From the NCBI GenBank assembly GCA_964436855.1, contig CAYTED010000008.1:4158-68157 (forward strand): a DNA stretch of 64,000 nucleotides, given 5' to 3'. Both the position numbers and the translations under genes were made by a program. The notes beneath the pieces are model-generated. The model saw only the letters and a list, made by a program, of their open reading frames with translations. It had not been told where the DNA came from and did no database searches. Source of the stretch: an uncultured Bdellovibrionales bacterium (GTDB lineage Bacteria > Patescibacteriota > Minisyncoccia > Moranbacterales > UBA1568). Below, piece after piece: positions 46,801 to 60,923 of this stretch (positions are counted from its first letter, which is position 1; each line of letters begins with the position of its first letter).

Positions 46801-49263
46801 TTACAGTTGTCGGTTTTCGCGCTCAATATGATCCGCGATCGGATCGTCACCATACTGCGGCGCGGTTCGATTTCCCTCCTTGTCCACGAGAATGTCCCGC
46901 GGTTTCGCGCCATAGCCCGGTCCGACAATACCATTTTGCTCGAGCAGTTCCATAAGTCGCGCGCCCCGGGAATATCCTACCCCAAGCCGGGTCTGAAGGA
47001 AAGTCGTCGACGCACGGCGCGTTTCAATCACGAGCGCTTTCGCCTGTTCATACATCGGATCAATATTTTCAAGCAAGCTTCCCTCGTTGCCGCCGGAGGA
47101 AAAAATATCGCCGCCGCCGGAAGACGAAAACGCATCTTCAATATCATCCTCACCGTTTTCACGATGCCATTTTTTGAGATACTCCACCACACGCGAAACT
47201 TCCGTGTCGGTTACATACACCCCTTGCAATCGACGGATCTGCTGATGACCCGGCATAAGAAAAAGCATATCGCCGTTTCCGAGGAGTTTGTCGGCACCGC
47301 CCGCATCAAGAATAGTCCGTGAATCAATCTGACTCTGCACAGAAAACGCAATACGCGCCGGAATGTTCGCCTTGATAAGGCCGGTGATCACATTCACATC
47401 CGGGCGCTGTGTCGCAAGGATTAAATGAATTCCAACCGCTCGAGACTTTTGCGCGATACGGACAATGAGTCGTTCCACTTCTTTCCCGTGAGAGACCATA
47501 AGATCCGCCATTTCGTCGATCACGATCACGACATTCGGGAGGTGCGGCATCTCTTCCGCATCATACCCGCCGCGATCTTCATTTGGCACCATAAGCGGCT
47601 CTCCACGGAGCTCCTTGTCTCGATATCCTTCAATATCCCGAACTTTTGCTTGTTCAAGCACTTCATAGCGTCGATCCATTTCATCCGCAGCCCACTTGAG
47701 CGCCCCGACGACTTTTGCATTGTCGGTAATAACATCCGCCTTCAGGTGCGGAATACCCCGATAAAACGAGAGTTCCACACGTTTCGGATCAACCAGAATA
47801 AGTTTCAAATCGTTCGGAGAATTCTGATACAGAAGCGAGAGAAGAATCGTATTGATACAAACACTTTTTCCAGAATTGGTTGCGCCGGCCACCAAAAGAT
47901 GCGGCATTTTCGCGAGATTGGCAACAACATATTTTCCAAATACGTCTTTCCCGATAATGATTGTGAGTGGTGATTTTCGTTCGGAAAATTCCGACGAAAG
48001 AATCGCGTCCCGCATACGAACAAAAGCCGGACCGGTGTTCGGTACCTCGATACCGACAAGCGATTTCCCTGGGATCGGCGCTTCGATACGAATGGGGTGG
48101 CGCGCAACGGCAAGCGCGATGTCGTTGTTCAGCGCGGTTATTTTTGACAACTTCACTCCGACCGCCGGACGAAACGTGTACTGCGTTACGGTCGGGCCTA
48201 CAAATGCCTCGCTCGGCTCGACATCGATCTGCAGATGTTTGAGTGCGTCCTTAATAATTCGTTTCATCTCTTCCACATCACCCGCCTGACCGGATCCCTT
48301 TTCGGATTCAAAATATTCAAGTTTCGGCGGTTCCCACGCGGAAGACTGATTCTTTTTCTTCCGATATTTTCGGTTTATCTCGCCCGACTCCGACAAGTCT
48401 TCATCCTCGCCGGCAAATGAAATCTCGGCAATATTCTCACCCTCAATTCCGTTCGCCTCTTTTTTCTGACGATTTTCTTCTCCGGCGATTTCAAATCCGC
48501 GAATATTGTTTTCCGCAAGCGAGTCAGTCAACGCGGCTCCTTGCATAACACCACGTTCTCCTTGTTCCTCGGAAGAAAAATCCTTCGAGAGTGAAAGTGT
48601 CTGTTCCGATTCGGAAGAAACGCTCTGTTGCAATGGTTCATTCCCCTCTTCCGACATCTTCGCAGTCTCCGGAATATCCGATTTCTTTCCCAAAAATCTT
48701 TCCCGTATCGATCCGAAGAGATGGTAAAGCGAGACATTGAACGCCGCAATCAGACCGATCAGAAAAAACGAGACGAGAATCACCGTTCCGGCAACCATTC
48801 CGGTAAACGAAAGAAATACGGCCGAAAGCCCAAATCCGATCACGCCGCCGCCACGACCTTTTTCCACCGCCTTCCAGAGCGCTTCCGTATCGTCGCCGAG
48901 ATAGAGATGAAAAAATCCGAGAACCGAAAAGAAAAGAACAACATATCCACCGATTTTCACGGCATCGGAAAGCGTGATTTCCCGATGACGAAAAAGAAAC
49001 ACTCCAAGCAAAAAGAGTAAAATCGGCGCAAACCATTTTCCCCATCCGAAAAGAAAGCTAATGCTCAAATCAAGCCCCCCGCCAAGCTTGCCTGCAGCTC
49101 CAAAAAATCCAAGAACAAAAAGAATCGCGAGCGCCACAAAAAAAACAGCAGCAATGCTTCTTTTTGCGTCGCTTGCCAGTCCCGAGTGTCTCCCTGTTGG
49201 CATTTTCTCATCCCCTTCTTCTTCTCTATTTTCTTTTTTTCTCCGTCCCATATCAGCCTTCAC
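46801..49263 (-). CDS. ftsK: DNA translocase FtsK/SpoIIIE
   Basis: 4-TM N-terminus, PHLLVAGATNSGKS, IDEMAD, ATQRP and a gamma domain. Confidence 0.95.
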   Translation of the reverse strand: MKADMGRRKKENREEEGDEKMPTGRHSGLASDAKRSIAAVFFVALAILFVLGFFGAAGKLGGGLDLSISFLFGWGKWFAPILLFLLGVFLFRHREITLSDAVKIGGYVVLFFSVLGFFHLYLGDDTEALWKAVEKGRGGGVIGFGLSAVFLSFTGMVAGTVILVSFFLIGLIAAFNVSLYHLFGSIRERFLGKKSDIPETAKMSEEGNEPLQQSVSSESEQTLSLSKDFSSEEQGERGVMQGAALTDSLAENNIRGFEIAGEENRQKKEANGIEGENIAEISFAGEDEDLSESGEINRKYRKKKNQSSAWEPPKLEYFESEKGSGQAGDVEEMKRIIKDALKHLQIDVEPSEAFVGPTVTQYTFRPAVGVKLSKITALNNDIALAVARHPIRIEAPIPGKSLVGIEVPNTGPAFVRMRDAILSSEFSERKSPLTIIIGKDVFGKYVVANLAKMPHLLVAGATNSGKSVCINTILLSLLYQNSPNDLKLILVDPKRVELSFYRGIPHLKADVITDNAKVVGALKWAADEMDRRYEVLEQAKVRDIEGYRDKELRGEPLMVPNEDRGGYDAEEMPHLPNVVIVIDEMADLMVSHGKEVERLIVRIAQKSRAVGIHLILATQRPDVNVITGLIKANIPARIAFSVQSQIDSRTILDAGGADKLLGNGDMLFLMPGHQQIRRLQGVYVTDTEVSRVVEYLKKWHRENGEDDIEDAFSSSGGGDIFSSGGNEGSLLENIDPMYEQAKALVIETRRASTTFLQTRLGVGYSRGARLMELLEQNGIVGPGYGAKPRDILVDKEGNRTAPQYGDDPIADHIERENRQL

Positions 49264-49334
49264 TCTACAGATCTGCTTTTTTCAAAAGAATTCGAATTCT
49301 TTTTGAAGTATTTCTGCAAATCCTTTCTATTTAT

Positions 49335-49979
49335 TTATACGGTATCTATCATGCTTTCAGAATTCCCTTCCAAAGCATTTATTTTTCCTGCCAATGTCCC
49401 TCTTTGATTCTTCCCGTCATCCTTCTGAGGAATAGTGGAGAGCTCTCGTACTCTTGTTCGCAGCCCGGCCGCAGCAGTGATCCTTTCATATCTTCCGTCT
49501 TGAGAAAATCGCTCAAACATCTGTCGAAGATCCGATACCGAATACCACCTTCCCTCTTTGTTTCGTATCGGGCCGAGAGTCGGGAGTAGTTCTTGAAGCA
49601 CTTTGAATGTCGGGGTATTCTTGACTCTTTCACGTTGTTCTCGATCGAGCACTCGAAAAATTGCTTCATCAAATCCGTAATTTTTCGGTAAAAAAGGAAG
49701 CGTTTTCCGTCTTGTTTCCGGATCAAAAAACCGATCTACCAGCACCAACATCTCCTCTGCCGAAACCTTTTCAATCTCAGGTTCAAAAGAAGGTTTTCCG
49801 GTTTCTCGAGAAAAAAGCCCGATCTTCCTGATGGCACTCTTCAAGCCATTGCGATCATTTACCCCCTCAAGGAGAGCTTCTGGATCATTGATGGCTTCGG
49901 ATAAAACTTGCCCCAAAGCGGCTCTGGAGTTCTTTTCCCTCTCTTGAAAAGCGTCCCTTTTTTCTAGAAATAGTCCCAT
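49335..49979 (-). CDS. Hypothetical protein
   Basis: 214-aa ORF with a GGAGG SD; no recognisable motif. Confidence 0.55.
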   Translation of the reverse strand: MGLFLEKRDAFQEREKNSRAALGQVLSEAINDPEALLEGVNDRNGLKSAIRKIGLFSRETGKPSFEPEIEKVSAEEMLVLVDRFFDPETRRKTLPFLPKNYGFDEAIFRVLDREQRERVKNTPTFKVLQELLPTLGPIRNKEGRWYSVSDLRQMFERFSQDGRYERITAAAGLRTRVRELSTIPQKDDGKNQRGTLAGKINALEGNSESMIDTV

Positions 49980-50029
49980 AAGAATACTTTCTTTTCCTCC
50001 CTATTGTACCTCTATTTAGAAAAGGAGAC

Positions 50030-50060
50030 AAAAAAACAGCCCTTTCGGGCTGTTTTTTTT
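50030..50060. terminator. Intrinsic terminator after rpoC
   Basis: AAAAAACAGCCC-TTTC-GGGCTGTTTTTTTT. Confidence 0.8.
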
Positions 50061-50104
50061 GGCGGAAAAATATTTGCGGATATTTCTCTCGTACTTTCCG
50101 AACA

Positions 50105-53713
<3,609 letters not shown>

Positions 53714-53743
53714 AAGAATGTCTTCACGAGTTCGTTTGAGAAA

Positions 53744-56700
53744 TTAGGCTTCTTCGCTTCCGAAGTCATCTTTCCCAGAGGATGATTCGACCGTTCCTTC
53801 CTCTTCTTCCGCTTCCGATTTCACCCCCTTGAGTTCAACATCGAGACAAAGACCTTTCAGTTCATTGACGAGCACATGGAATGATGCCGGGATATTCGGA
53901 CTCTTGATCGGCTCGCCCTTAATGATCGACTCATACGCTTTCGAACGACCGAGCACATCGTCGGATTTGATCGTCAGCATTTCCTGAAGCGTGTACGCCG
54001 CGCCGTACCCTTCAAGCGCCCACACTTCCATTTCTCCAAACCGCTGTCCGCCAAACTGCGCCTTTCCGCCAAGCGGCTGCTGGGTGATAAGCGAATACGG
54101 TCCGATCGATCGCATGTGCAGCTTGTCTTCAATCAAGTGATTGAGCTTCATGACATACATCACTCCGACGGTCGATTCGTTGTCGAAAAATTCTCCCGAC
54201 TTTCCATCGCGAAGGCGAATCTTTCCGTTTTCTGGAAGCTCCGCTTTTTTCAATTCTTCTTTGATATCGTCTTCCGATACACCATCAAGTGACGGACTCG
54301 CCACATTATATCCAAGTTTGAGTCCCGCCCACCCGAGGTGTGTCTCCAAAATCTGACCGATATTCATACGAGACGCGACACCAAGCGGATTCAAAATCAC
54401 ATCAACCGGCGTTCCATCCGGAAGACATGGCATATCTTCTACCGGAGCAATATGTGAAATAACACCTTTGTTTCCGTGACGTCCGGCAAGCTTATCTCCC
54501 ACCGAAATCTTTCGCATTTGCGCAACCGAAATCTGAATTTGCTCAAACACGCCCATGGGAAGTTTGTCGCCTTTGTCGCGTGAGAAAATTTTAATGTCAA
54601 CCACCTTTCCGTGCTCACCATGCGGAAGGTACAACGACGAATCCTTCACATCGCGAGACTTTTCGCCAAAAATCACACGCAGGAGTCGCTCTTCCGCCGT
54701 CAAATCTCCTTCTCCCTTTGGAGTGATTTTTCCCACGAGAATGTCTCCGGACGATACCTCCGCACCGATACGGATAATGCCCCCCTCATCAAGATTCTTT
54801 AATCGGTCTTCGCCAATATTCGGAATATCGCGCGTTACCACTTCCGGTCCGAGTTTGGTATCACGCACATCGATCGAGAAATCTTCGATATGTATCGAAC
54901 TGTAACGATCTTCTTCGAGAACACGTTCGGAAAGAATAATCGCATCTTCGTAATTGAACCCTTCCCACGGAATAAACGCGACGAGCATATTTTGCCCGAG
55001 TGCAAGCTCGCCATTGTCGGTTGAGGCACCATCCGCTAAGAGATCCCCCTTCTCCACGACATTTCCTTTCTTCACACGGGGAATCTGGTTCATCGACGTG
55101 AAAGAGTTCGACTTCGCAAATGAAAGAAGTTTATATTCACGATCAAACACGTCTTTCTTCGCGCCGGCGGGAGTTTTTTCGCGTACGATAATATGATTGG
55201 CGTCCACTTCGATTACTTCACCCGATCCGAGCGCGATGACCACCTGACCGGAGTCGGCCGCCGCTTTGTCTTCAATGCCCGTTCCCACAATCGGCGATTG
55301 CGGACGAACGCACGACACCGCCTGACGCTGCATGTTCGAACCCATAAGAGCACGGTTCGCGTCATCGTGTTCGAGAAATGGAATGAGCGCCGTCGCCACC
55401 GAAATACACTGCTTCACCGAAACATCAGCATAATCAAGATTCGTCGCCTCCACCATTTCCGGGTGTCCCTTCACGCGAGCTTCCACAAACGATTCCTCGA
55501 TATTCCGATATTCATCGAGCTTGATACCGGCATGCGCGATTGATTTTCGATCTTCGACGATCGCATTCAAATATTCAATTTCAAGCGTCACAAACGGTTT
55601 TACTGAAACCATTTTTCCTTTTTTCTTCGCGGCGATTTTCTTCGCGATGGCGGCATCGATCATCTCTCCTGCTTTCGCGACTCCTTCAATCGATTCATTC
55701 AATATGCGGTGTTCGAGCGCCTTTTCGTTTGCATCAACTTCTTTCTGTACTTTCAGATATGGTGTCTCGAGAAATCCATATTCGTTCACACGCGCATAGG
55801 TTGCGAGGTGTCCCACAAGACCGATATTCGGACCTTCCGGAGTTTCCACCGGACAAATGCGACCATAGTGCGACGGGTGCACATCACGCACTTCGAAACC
55901 GGCACGTTCCCGCGTCAGTCCGCCGGGACCCATTGCCGAGAGACGTCGCTTGTGTTCGAGCTCCGCAAGAGGGTTCACCTGATCCATAAACTGCGAGAGC
56001 TGGGAACTCGAGAAAAATTCTTTGACCGCCGCCGCGACCGGGCGCGGGTTAATCAGTTGTCCGGGGATAACCAAGTCCGGATCGCAGGTACTCATCCGAT
56101 CTTTCACGTTGCGAACCATCCGGTACACACCGACGCGAAGTTTGTTCTGAATCAGCTCGCCTACCGCACGCACGCGACGATTGCCCAAGTGATCAATATC
56201 ATCCGCCTTTGCCATCGGATCGTTATTCAGGCGAATAATCTCTCGGATAATCAAAATGAGATCATCGATATTCAAAATACGATTTTCTTCCTTGTCGGCA
56301 CGTTCTACTTCGAGCCGTTGATTCAAACGATACCGTCCCACCGATCCGAAATCGTAACGCTCAAAATTGAAAAACATTCCATCGATCATCGACTTCGCAT
56401 TCTCCTCCGTCGCAAGATCGCCCGGACGAAGCCGTTTGTAAACCTCGCGATACGCCTCGCCACGAGAAGTCGCCGAATCTTTCGCGAGTGTTTCTTCGAT
56501 ATATTTCGTATCACCGGTATCGATATCCGCAAATTCTTGTCGGATTTTCTTCTCCTCCATTCCAAATGCCTTGAGAAGTGCCGTGATCGGGAGTTTTCGC
56601 TTGCGGTCGATTTTCACAGACAACGCTCCGTCAAAATCCGTCTCGACTTCAAGCCATGCACCGCGATTCGGGATAATTTTTGCACCAAAAAGTTTCTTTC

Positions 56701-57184
56701 CTTTTTGGTACTCCATGGTAAAGAAAACGCCGGGAGAACGGATAAGCTGCGAAACCACGACACGCTCGACACCATTAATAATGAAGGTGCCGCGTTCGGT
56801 CATCACCGGAAAATCACCAAGGTAAATTTCCTGTTCTTTGACTTCCCCGGTCTTTTTGATTAAAAGTTCCGCCTTCACGCGAAGCGGCGCTTCGAAAGAA
56901 ATATTTTTCGCCTTGGCAACCTCCGGGATGCACTTCGGTTCATCGAGATAATAGTCCGAAAACGACAACTCCAAATCCTTTCCCGTGAAATCGGTGATCG
57001 GATTCACTTCAAGAAAGAGCTCTTTCAAGCCTTTCTCCCAAAACCACTCATACGAATCCTGCTGAACCTCGATCAGGTTCGGGAGGGATACCATAATACG
57101 GTTTCGGAAGAACTTTCGCTTGGAAAGCGACGACCCCGAACCGAACGTATCCTTCACCTTGAGTACCTTCTGTCCTTTAGACAT
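53744..57184 (-). CDS. rpoB: RNA polymerase beta subunit
   Basis: ETPEGPNIG, GSNMQRQA, GDKLAGRHGNKG and GQRFGEME. Confidence 0.99.
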   Translation of the reverse strand: MSKGQKVLKVKDTFGSGSSLSKRKFFRNRIMVSLPNLIEVQQDSYEWFWEKGLKELFLEVNPITDFTGKDLELSFSDYYLDEPKCIPEVAKAKNISFEAPLRVKAELLIKKTGEVKEQEIYLGDFPVMTERGTFIINGVERVVVSQLIRSPGVFFTMEYQKGKKLFGAKIIPNRGAWLEVETDFDGALSVKIDRKRKLPITALLKAFGMEEKKIRQEFADIDTGDTKYIEETLAKDSATSRGEAYREVYKRLRPGDLATEENAKSMIDGMFFNFERYDFGSVGRYRLNQRLEVERADKEENRILNIDDLILIIREIIRLNNDPMAKADDIDHLGNRRVRAVGELIQNKLRVGVYRMVRNVKDRMSTCDPDLVIPGQLINPRPVAAAVKEFFSSSQLSQFMDQVNPLAELEHKRRLSAMGPGGLTRERAGFEVRDVHPSHYGRICPVETPEGPNIGLVGHLATYARVNEYGFLETPYLKVQKEVDANEKALEHRILNESIEGVAKAGEMIDAAIAKKIAAKKKGKMVSVKPFVTLEIEYLNAIVEDRKSIAHAGIKLDEYRNIEESFVEARVKGHPEMVEATNLDYADVSVKQCISVATALIPFLEHDDANRALMGSNMQRQAVSCVRPQSPIVGTGIEDKAAADSGQVVIALGSGEVIEVDANHIIVREKTPAGAKKDVFDREYKLLSFAKSNSFTSMNQIPRVKKGNVVEKGDLLADGASTDNGELALGQNMLVAFIPWEGFNYEDAIILSERVLEEDRYSSIHIEDFSIDVRDTKLGPEVVTRDIPNIGEDRLKNLDEGGIIRIGAEVSSGDILVGKITPKGEGDLTAEERLLRVIFGEKSRDVKDSSLYLPHGEHGKVVDIKIFSRDKGDKLPMGVFEQIQISVAQMRKISVGDKLAGRHGNKGVISHIAPVEDMPCLPDGTPVDVILNPLGVASRMNIGQILETHLGWAGLKLGYNVASPSLDGVSEDDIKEELKKAELPENGKIRLRDGKSGEFFDNESTVGVMYVMKLNHLIEDKLHMRSIGPYSLITQQPLGGKAQFGGQRFGEMEVWALEGYGAAYTLQEMLTIKSDDVLGRSKAYESIIKGEPIKSPNIPASFHVLVNELKGLCLDVELKGVKSEAEEEEGTVESSSGKDDFGSEEA

Positions 57185-57496
57185 AAAAAGACGCCCATCG
57201 CACCCTCCTTCCCAAAAGGAAGTAGGACAGACGGGAATTACCCGGGAAACTATTTATTTGTCCGAAAATGCGCACCCGTTCGCATTCCGCTTGTCTTTCT
57301 CATTATCTTCCACGCCCAGTAGCGTGAAAGTGACTCAACTCTCCAAAAACAATACGCCTCAGAATACCAAAACCGTTTTTTTCTGTCAAATGAAAACCAA
57401 AAATGGGCTTCAATAAGCCTTGACAAAAAATTAAACCGCAGTTCCCGAATTCCGAGATTTCAAAAACCAGGAACTACGGTCGGGTGTTGTTGTGTT

Positions 57497-57775
57497 TTAA
57501 TGGGGTACGCTTCTGATCGCAAATCCGTAGGTCTTTGCTACCGTTTCCGCGATCCTGCCTGAAGTATACGTCTCCGGAATACGAACGTCAACGGAGAAGT
57601 TATCCACTTCATCCGCTTCAATTCCTCTTTCTTGCAACAGATCGTTTATAGCCTGAAAAAGCCGCGCACCCATATCGCGTGATTCTTCCCACTCGCAAAC
57701 CAACCTCTCTGTATTATCTTCGAGAAGTGAGAGTTTGGATTTGTCTTTTTCAACTGTCAGTATGAATGCGTACAT
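57497..57775 (-). CDS. Short TsaB-like (N-terminal fold) hypothetical protein
   Basis: LFQAINDLL...YTSGRIAETVAKT resembles TsaB 'FTGLRIG..AK'. Confidence 0.45.
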   Translation of the reverse strand: MYAFILTVEKDKSKLSLLEDNTERLVCEWEESRDMGARLFQAINDLLQERGIEADEVDNFSVDVRIPETYTSGRIAETVAKTYGFAIRSVPH

Positions 57776-57785
57776 GAGCGCTTGC

Positions 57786-57868
57786 TGATTTAAGATTTAA
57801 GATTTTTGATTTATGAATTCAAGACTTTATGGATTTCCATTCTTAAATCCTCCATCATAAATCATGAA
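57786..57868. repeat. Inverted heptamer-array element
   Basis: Left arm GATTTAA-GATTTAA-GATTTTT-GATTTAT; right arm TAAATCC...ATAAATC-ATGAATC. Confidence 0.6.
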
Positions 57869-58617
57869 TCAATTTTTCTCCAATCAAAATTCCACGGATC
57901 ATCTTTCCGTCCCGGGGCGATATCGCTGTGCCCCACAACATTTTTAATCGGATATTTCCCCTTTAAATACGCAAGAATATTGTTTATCGACGTATACTGC
58001 GCGTCCGTCATTTTACTTTCTTTCGTATTGAGAATTTCGATACCGATTGAAAAATTATTCACATCAGTGCGACCGTCCGGCATTTTCGATACGCCGGCAT
58101 GATACGCGATATTCGCGTCATCCACCAATCGATACACATTCCCCTTTCTATCGATCATATAGTGCGGCACAACGCCATAGCTTTCCCAAATCTTCATCAC
58201 CGCCGAAACGGAATACGGGTCCTTCCCCTCCGGATCGTAAGACGAGTGAAGAACAACAGTGTCAATCGTTCGTTTCGACGAGGGAATTTCAAATCCGAAA
58301 TTCACTTTTTTGTCGATGATATGTACTGCTTGTTCTCCGTTTTGTTCCTTTGATACAGTCTCCGCGGGGGGAGATTCTTCGCTCATCGTTTCCGTCGCCC
58401 GATTTTCCACCATACTTTTCACGTCGAGCGCTTTTTCCCTCACCGCTTCATAACGAGAAACTCCGCTACTCCCCGAAAGAATATCGGAGATTGATTGTTC
58501 GGTCGTCGGCGTTGTATCATTTTTCACCGTTACCGAGGCGGATTCCGATCCAAAGAGAAAATACCCCGCCCCGAGGATCATTAAAAGTATCGCAATAAGA
58601 AGTCCGAGGAAACCCAT
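57862..58617 (-). CDS. N-acetylmuramoyl-L-alanine amidase (Amidase_2/AmpD-like)
   Basis: VVLHSS, HYMIDRKG, AYHAGVS, SIGIE and GHSDIAPGRKDDP. Confidence 0.9.
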   Translation of the reverse strand: MGFLGLLIAILLMILGAGYFLFGSESASVTVKNDTTPTTEQSISDILSGSSGVSRYEAVREKALDVKSMVENRATETMSEESPPAETVSKEQNGEQAVHIIDKKVNFGFEIPSSKRTIDTVVLHSSYDPEGKDPYSVSAVMKIWESYGVVPHYMIDRKGNVYRLVDDANIAYHAGVSKMPDGRTDVNNFSIGIEILNTKESKMTDAQYTSINNILAYLKGKYPIKNVVGHSDIAPGRKDDPWNFDWRKIDS

Positions 58618-58742
58618 ACAATTGATTCTATTATAGCAAAATATTATTCATATCATCTTCTTCATTCATCCTTTCTTTTCACCGGAAAAGAAAGGATGAA
58701 TCAGAATATTTATGAAGGAGAAAAGAAGAATATATTACAAAC

Positions 58743-58771
58743 AAAAACCCCGGCTCGAGCCAGGGTTTTTT
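58743..58771. terminator. Intrinsic terminator
   Basis: AAAAACCCCGGC-TCGA-GCCAGGGTTTTTT. Confidence 0.6.
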
Positions 58772-58838
58772 CCTTCCTTTTCAAAAACATGGGTCCCTCC
58801 CGCCTTGGCGGGACAGGGATGATTTCGCATAGGCGAAA

Positions 58839-59072
58839 TCATTTTTTCCTCGATGTGAGAATTTTCGTAACCGCTGCGCCGAGCGCCGCGCCGACACCCG
58901 CTGCGATAAGCGCCGCTTTTTCCGGATTCTTTTTTACAAATGCCTCCGTTTTCTTAAGCGATGACTCGACTGTCTGTCGCAATTTCTTGAGCTCCTTTTC
59001 CGCAATCACTTGCGCTTTCGCAATATTTTTCTCAACTTCCTTTTTCATATCTTTCAGAGCACCCTTTTTCAT
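58839..59072 (-). CDS. ElaB/YqjD/DUF883-like small membrane-anchored protein
   Basis: FVKKNPEKAALIAAGVGAALG C-terminus. Confidence 0.75.
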   Translation of the reverse strand: MKKGALKDMKKEVEKNIAKAQVIAEKELKKLRQTVESSLKKTEAFVKKNPEKAALIAAGVGAALGAAVTKILTSRKK

Positions 59073-59111
59073 ATCATTGCTTCTTTAATTATGTAATTTA
59101 TTTTCCCCTCC

Positions 59112-59543
59112 TTATCCTTTCTTTTCGCTTCCGACCACAACAAAAAGAACGATTGAAAGTGAAAGAATAGTCGCCCCAACAAGCACTTCCGCGGCACCCG
59201 GTGTCGCAAAAAGGCCTTCGAGAAATCGCGACAACCCAACAAAGAAAAATATCAATCCGACAAATCCGAACAGCGCGAGCAGAAACCGAAATGTCATCAA
59301 TCGGAAAAATCCCCGGATTCGCTCTCGCCAGAATTCTATTCGCTCACGAAGCATTCCTCTCATTCCCTGCATTGCCGCGGCACGAATCGCTGCCGCAATC
59401 GGAGATTTTTTTCTTGAAGAAGCATTTCGAACGCTTTTTGTTCTCACGGTGCGAGTTTTTTTTGTTGTTTGTATCGACATACGGAAAGTATATCGCACCG
59501 TAAGAAAAAAGAAAACGTTTTCAAGAAAAAACCTCCCGAGCAT
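59112..59543 (-). CDS. Two-TM protein (YqjE/holin-X-like), partner of the DUF883 gene
   Basis: Two C-terminal TM helices and adjacency to the DUF883 gene; start probably MSIQ. Confidence 0.5.
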   Translation of the reverse strand: MLGRFFLENVFFFLTVRYTFRMSIQTTKKTRTVRTKSVRNASSRKKSPIAAAIRAAAMQGMRGMLRERIEFWRERIRGFFRLMTFRFLLALFGFVGLIFFFVGLSRFLEGLFATPGAAEVLVGATILSLSIVLFVVVGSEKKG

Positions 59544-59573
59544 TCGGTTTTTGTGATATCCTGAAAGAGATTT

Positions 59574-60917
59574 ATGGATGCACTCCTCGCCACAAAACCA
59601 AACATCGTCGTCGACAAACTACGCGTGATTTACAATCAAGGGAAATCAAACGAAACGCGTGCGCTTGAAGAAACCAATCTTGCTATTTATCCGACCGAGT
59701 ATGTGATTATTTTCGGTCCTTCGGGTTGCGGCAAATCGACTCTTCTTTATTCGATTGCCGGACTTCAATCTCCAACATACGGCGATGTCGTTATCAATGG
59801 AAAGGGTATTTTTTCCATGACGCAACAAGATATGCTCGAGCTCCATCAAACGGGCATCGGGATGGTGTTTCAGGCATTCTATCTCATTTCCTCACTCACG
59901 GTGATCGACAATGTCTGTCTTCCTCGCGCTTTTCGGGGAGAAGGTGTCAAAACCCGACGCGTAGAGGGGATGAAACTTCTCCGTCGTTTCGGTATTGCCG
60001 AACACGCCGACAAATACCCAAGCCAACTCTCCGGCGGGCAGAAACAACGCGTCGCGATCGCCCGCGCGCTCGTCAACAATCCAAATATCATCCTCGCCGA
60101 CGAACCGGTCGGTAACCTCGACTCCGAATCCGCGGAAAACGTGCTCGCTATTCTGAAAGAATTGAACGACAACGACAAGAAAACGATTATCATGGTTACG
60201 CACAACCCGGAACATCTGATCTATGCCGACCGCGTGATCCGAATGAAAGACGGTCGCGTTATCAGCGAAGAGGTATTCAAGGAAAAACGATCGCTCCCCG
60301 AAAAGAAAAAAGAAGAGGAACTCCTGAAAGCGATCCCGAAAGAAGAGCTCCCGCAGGAAACCGAGGAACTGAAAATGCTGATGGCTTCGTTCAAAAACCT
60401 TCTCCCGCAGCAAGTCGACGTACTCCTTATCCCATTCAAGGCAAAGCAGCTCCTCGCGCACGTTCTCTCCGATCTCTCCGAAGAGCAACTCTCGATGGCC
60501 GAAGGATTCTTGAAAGAGCTCCTTTTCAAAAATATCAATCGCGAAGGATTTTCCCATTCTCTCGACAAACCGCTTGACGATGGCGGCGCCGGGTGGAACA
60601 AGATTCGAGCGGAAACGTTTTCGAATCGTATCGCCGCAATCGTCGAACAAGCCGAGATTGCGAAAGTCGGTCCAAATCAAAGTCCGATCGCGATCGCGGA
60701 ACACTTAAAAAAGCTCTACAAACTCACTCTCTCTCCCAGTCAGGAACTCCGCCTCCAGTCCGCCATCAAGCTCCGAACCGAGAGCAAGTGCGGCTCGAAA
60801 GAATTGTTCCGCCGACTCGATGCTCCCGAAAATATCGGCGGCGTCGGTCTGAACCGCATTACCGCCGAAAAAATGGTACGCGAAATCGAAATCATCATGC
60901 TTGTCAAATATTCCTAA
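59574..60917 (+). CDS. MacB/LolD-type ABC ATPase with a ~200-aa C-terminal extension
   Basis: [29 protein letters not shown] and VTH. Confidence 0.9.
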   Translation: MDALLATKPNIVVDKLRVIYNQGKSNETRALEETNLAIYPTEYVIIFGPSGCGKSTLLYSIAGLQSPTYGDVVINGKGIFSMTQQDMLELHQTGIGMVFQAFYLISSLTVIDNVCLPRAFRGEGVKTRRVEGMKLLRRFGIAEHADKYPSQLSGGQKQRVAIARALVNNPNIILADEPVGNLDSESAENVLAILKELNDNDKKTIIMVTHNPEHLIYADRVIRMKDGRVISEEVFKEKRSLPEKKKEEELLKAIPKEELPQETEELKMLMASFKNLLPQQVDVLLIPFKAKQLLAHVLSDLSEEQLSMAEGFLKELLFKNINREGFSHSLDKPLDDGGAGWNKIRAETFSNRIAAIVEQAEIAKVGPNQSPIAIAEHLKKLYKLTLSPSQELRLQSAIKLRTESKCGSKELFRRLDAPENIGGVGLNRITAEKMVREIEIIMLVKYS

Positions 60918-60923
60918 ATCCCT

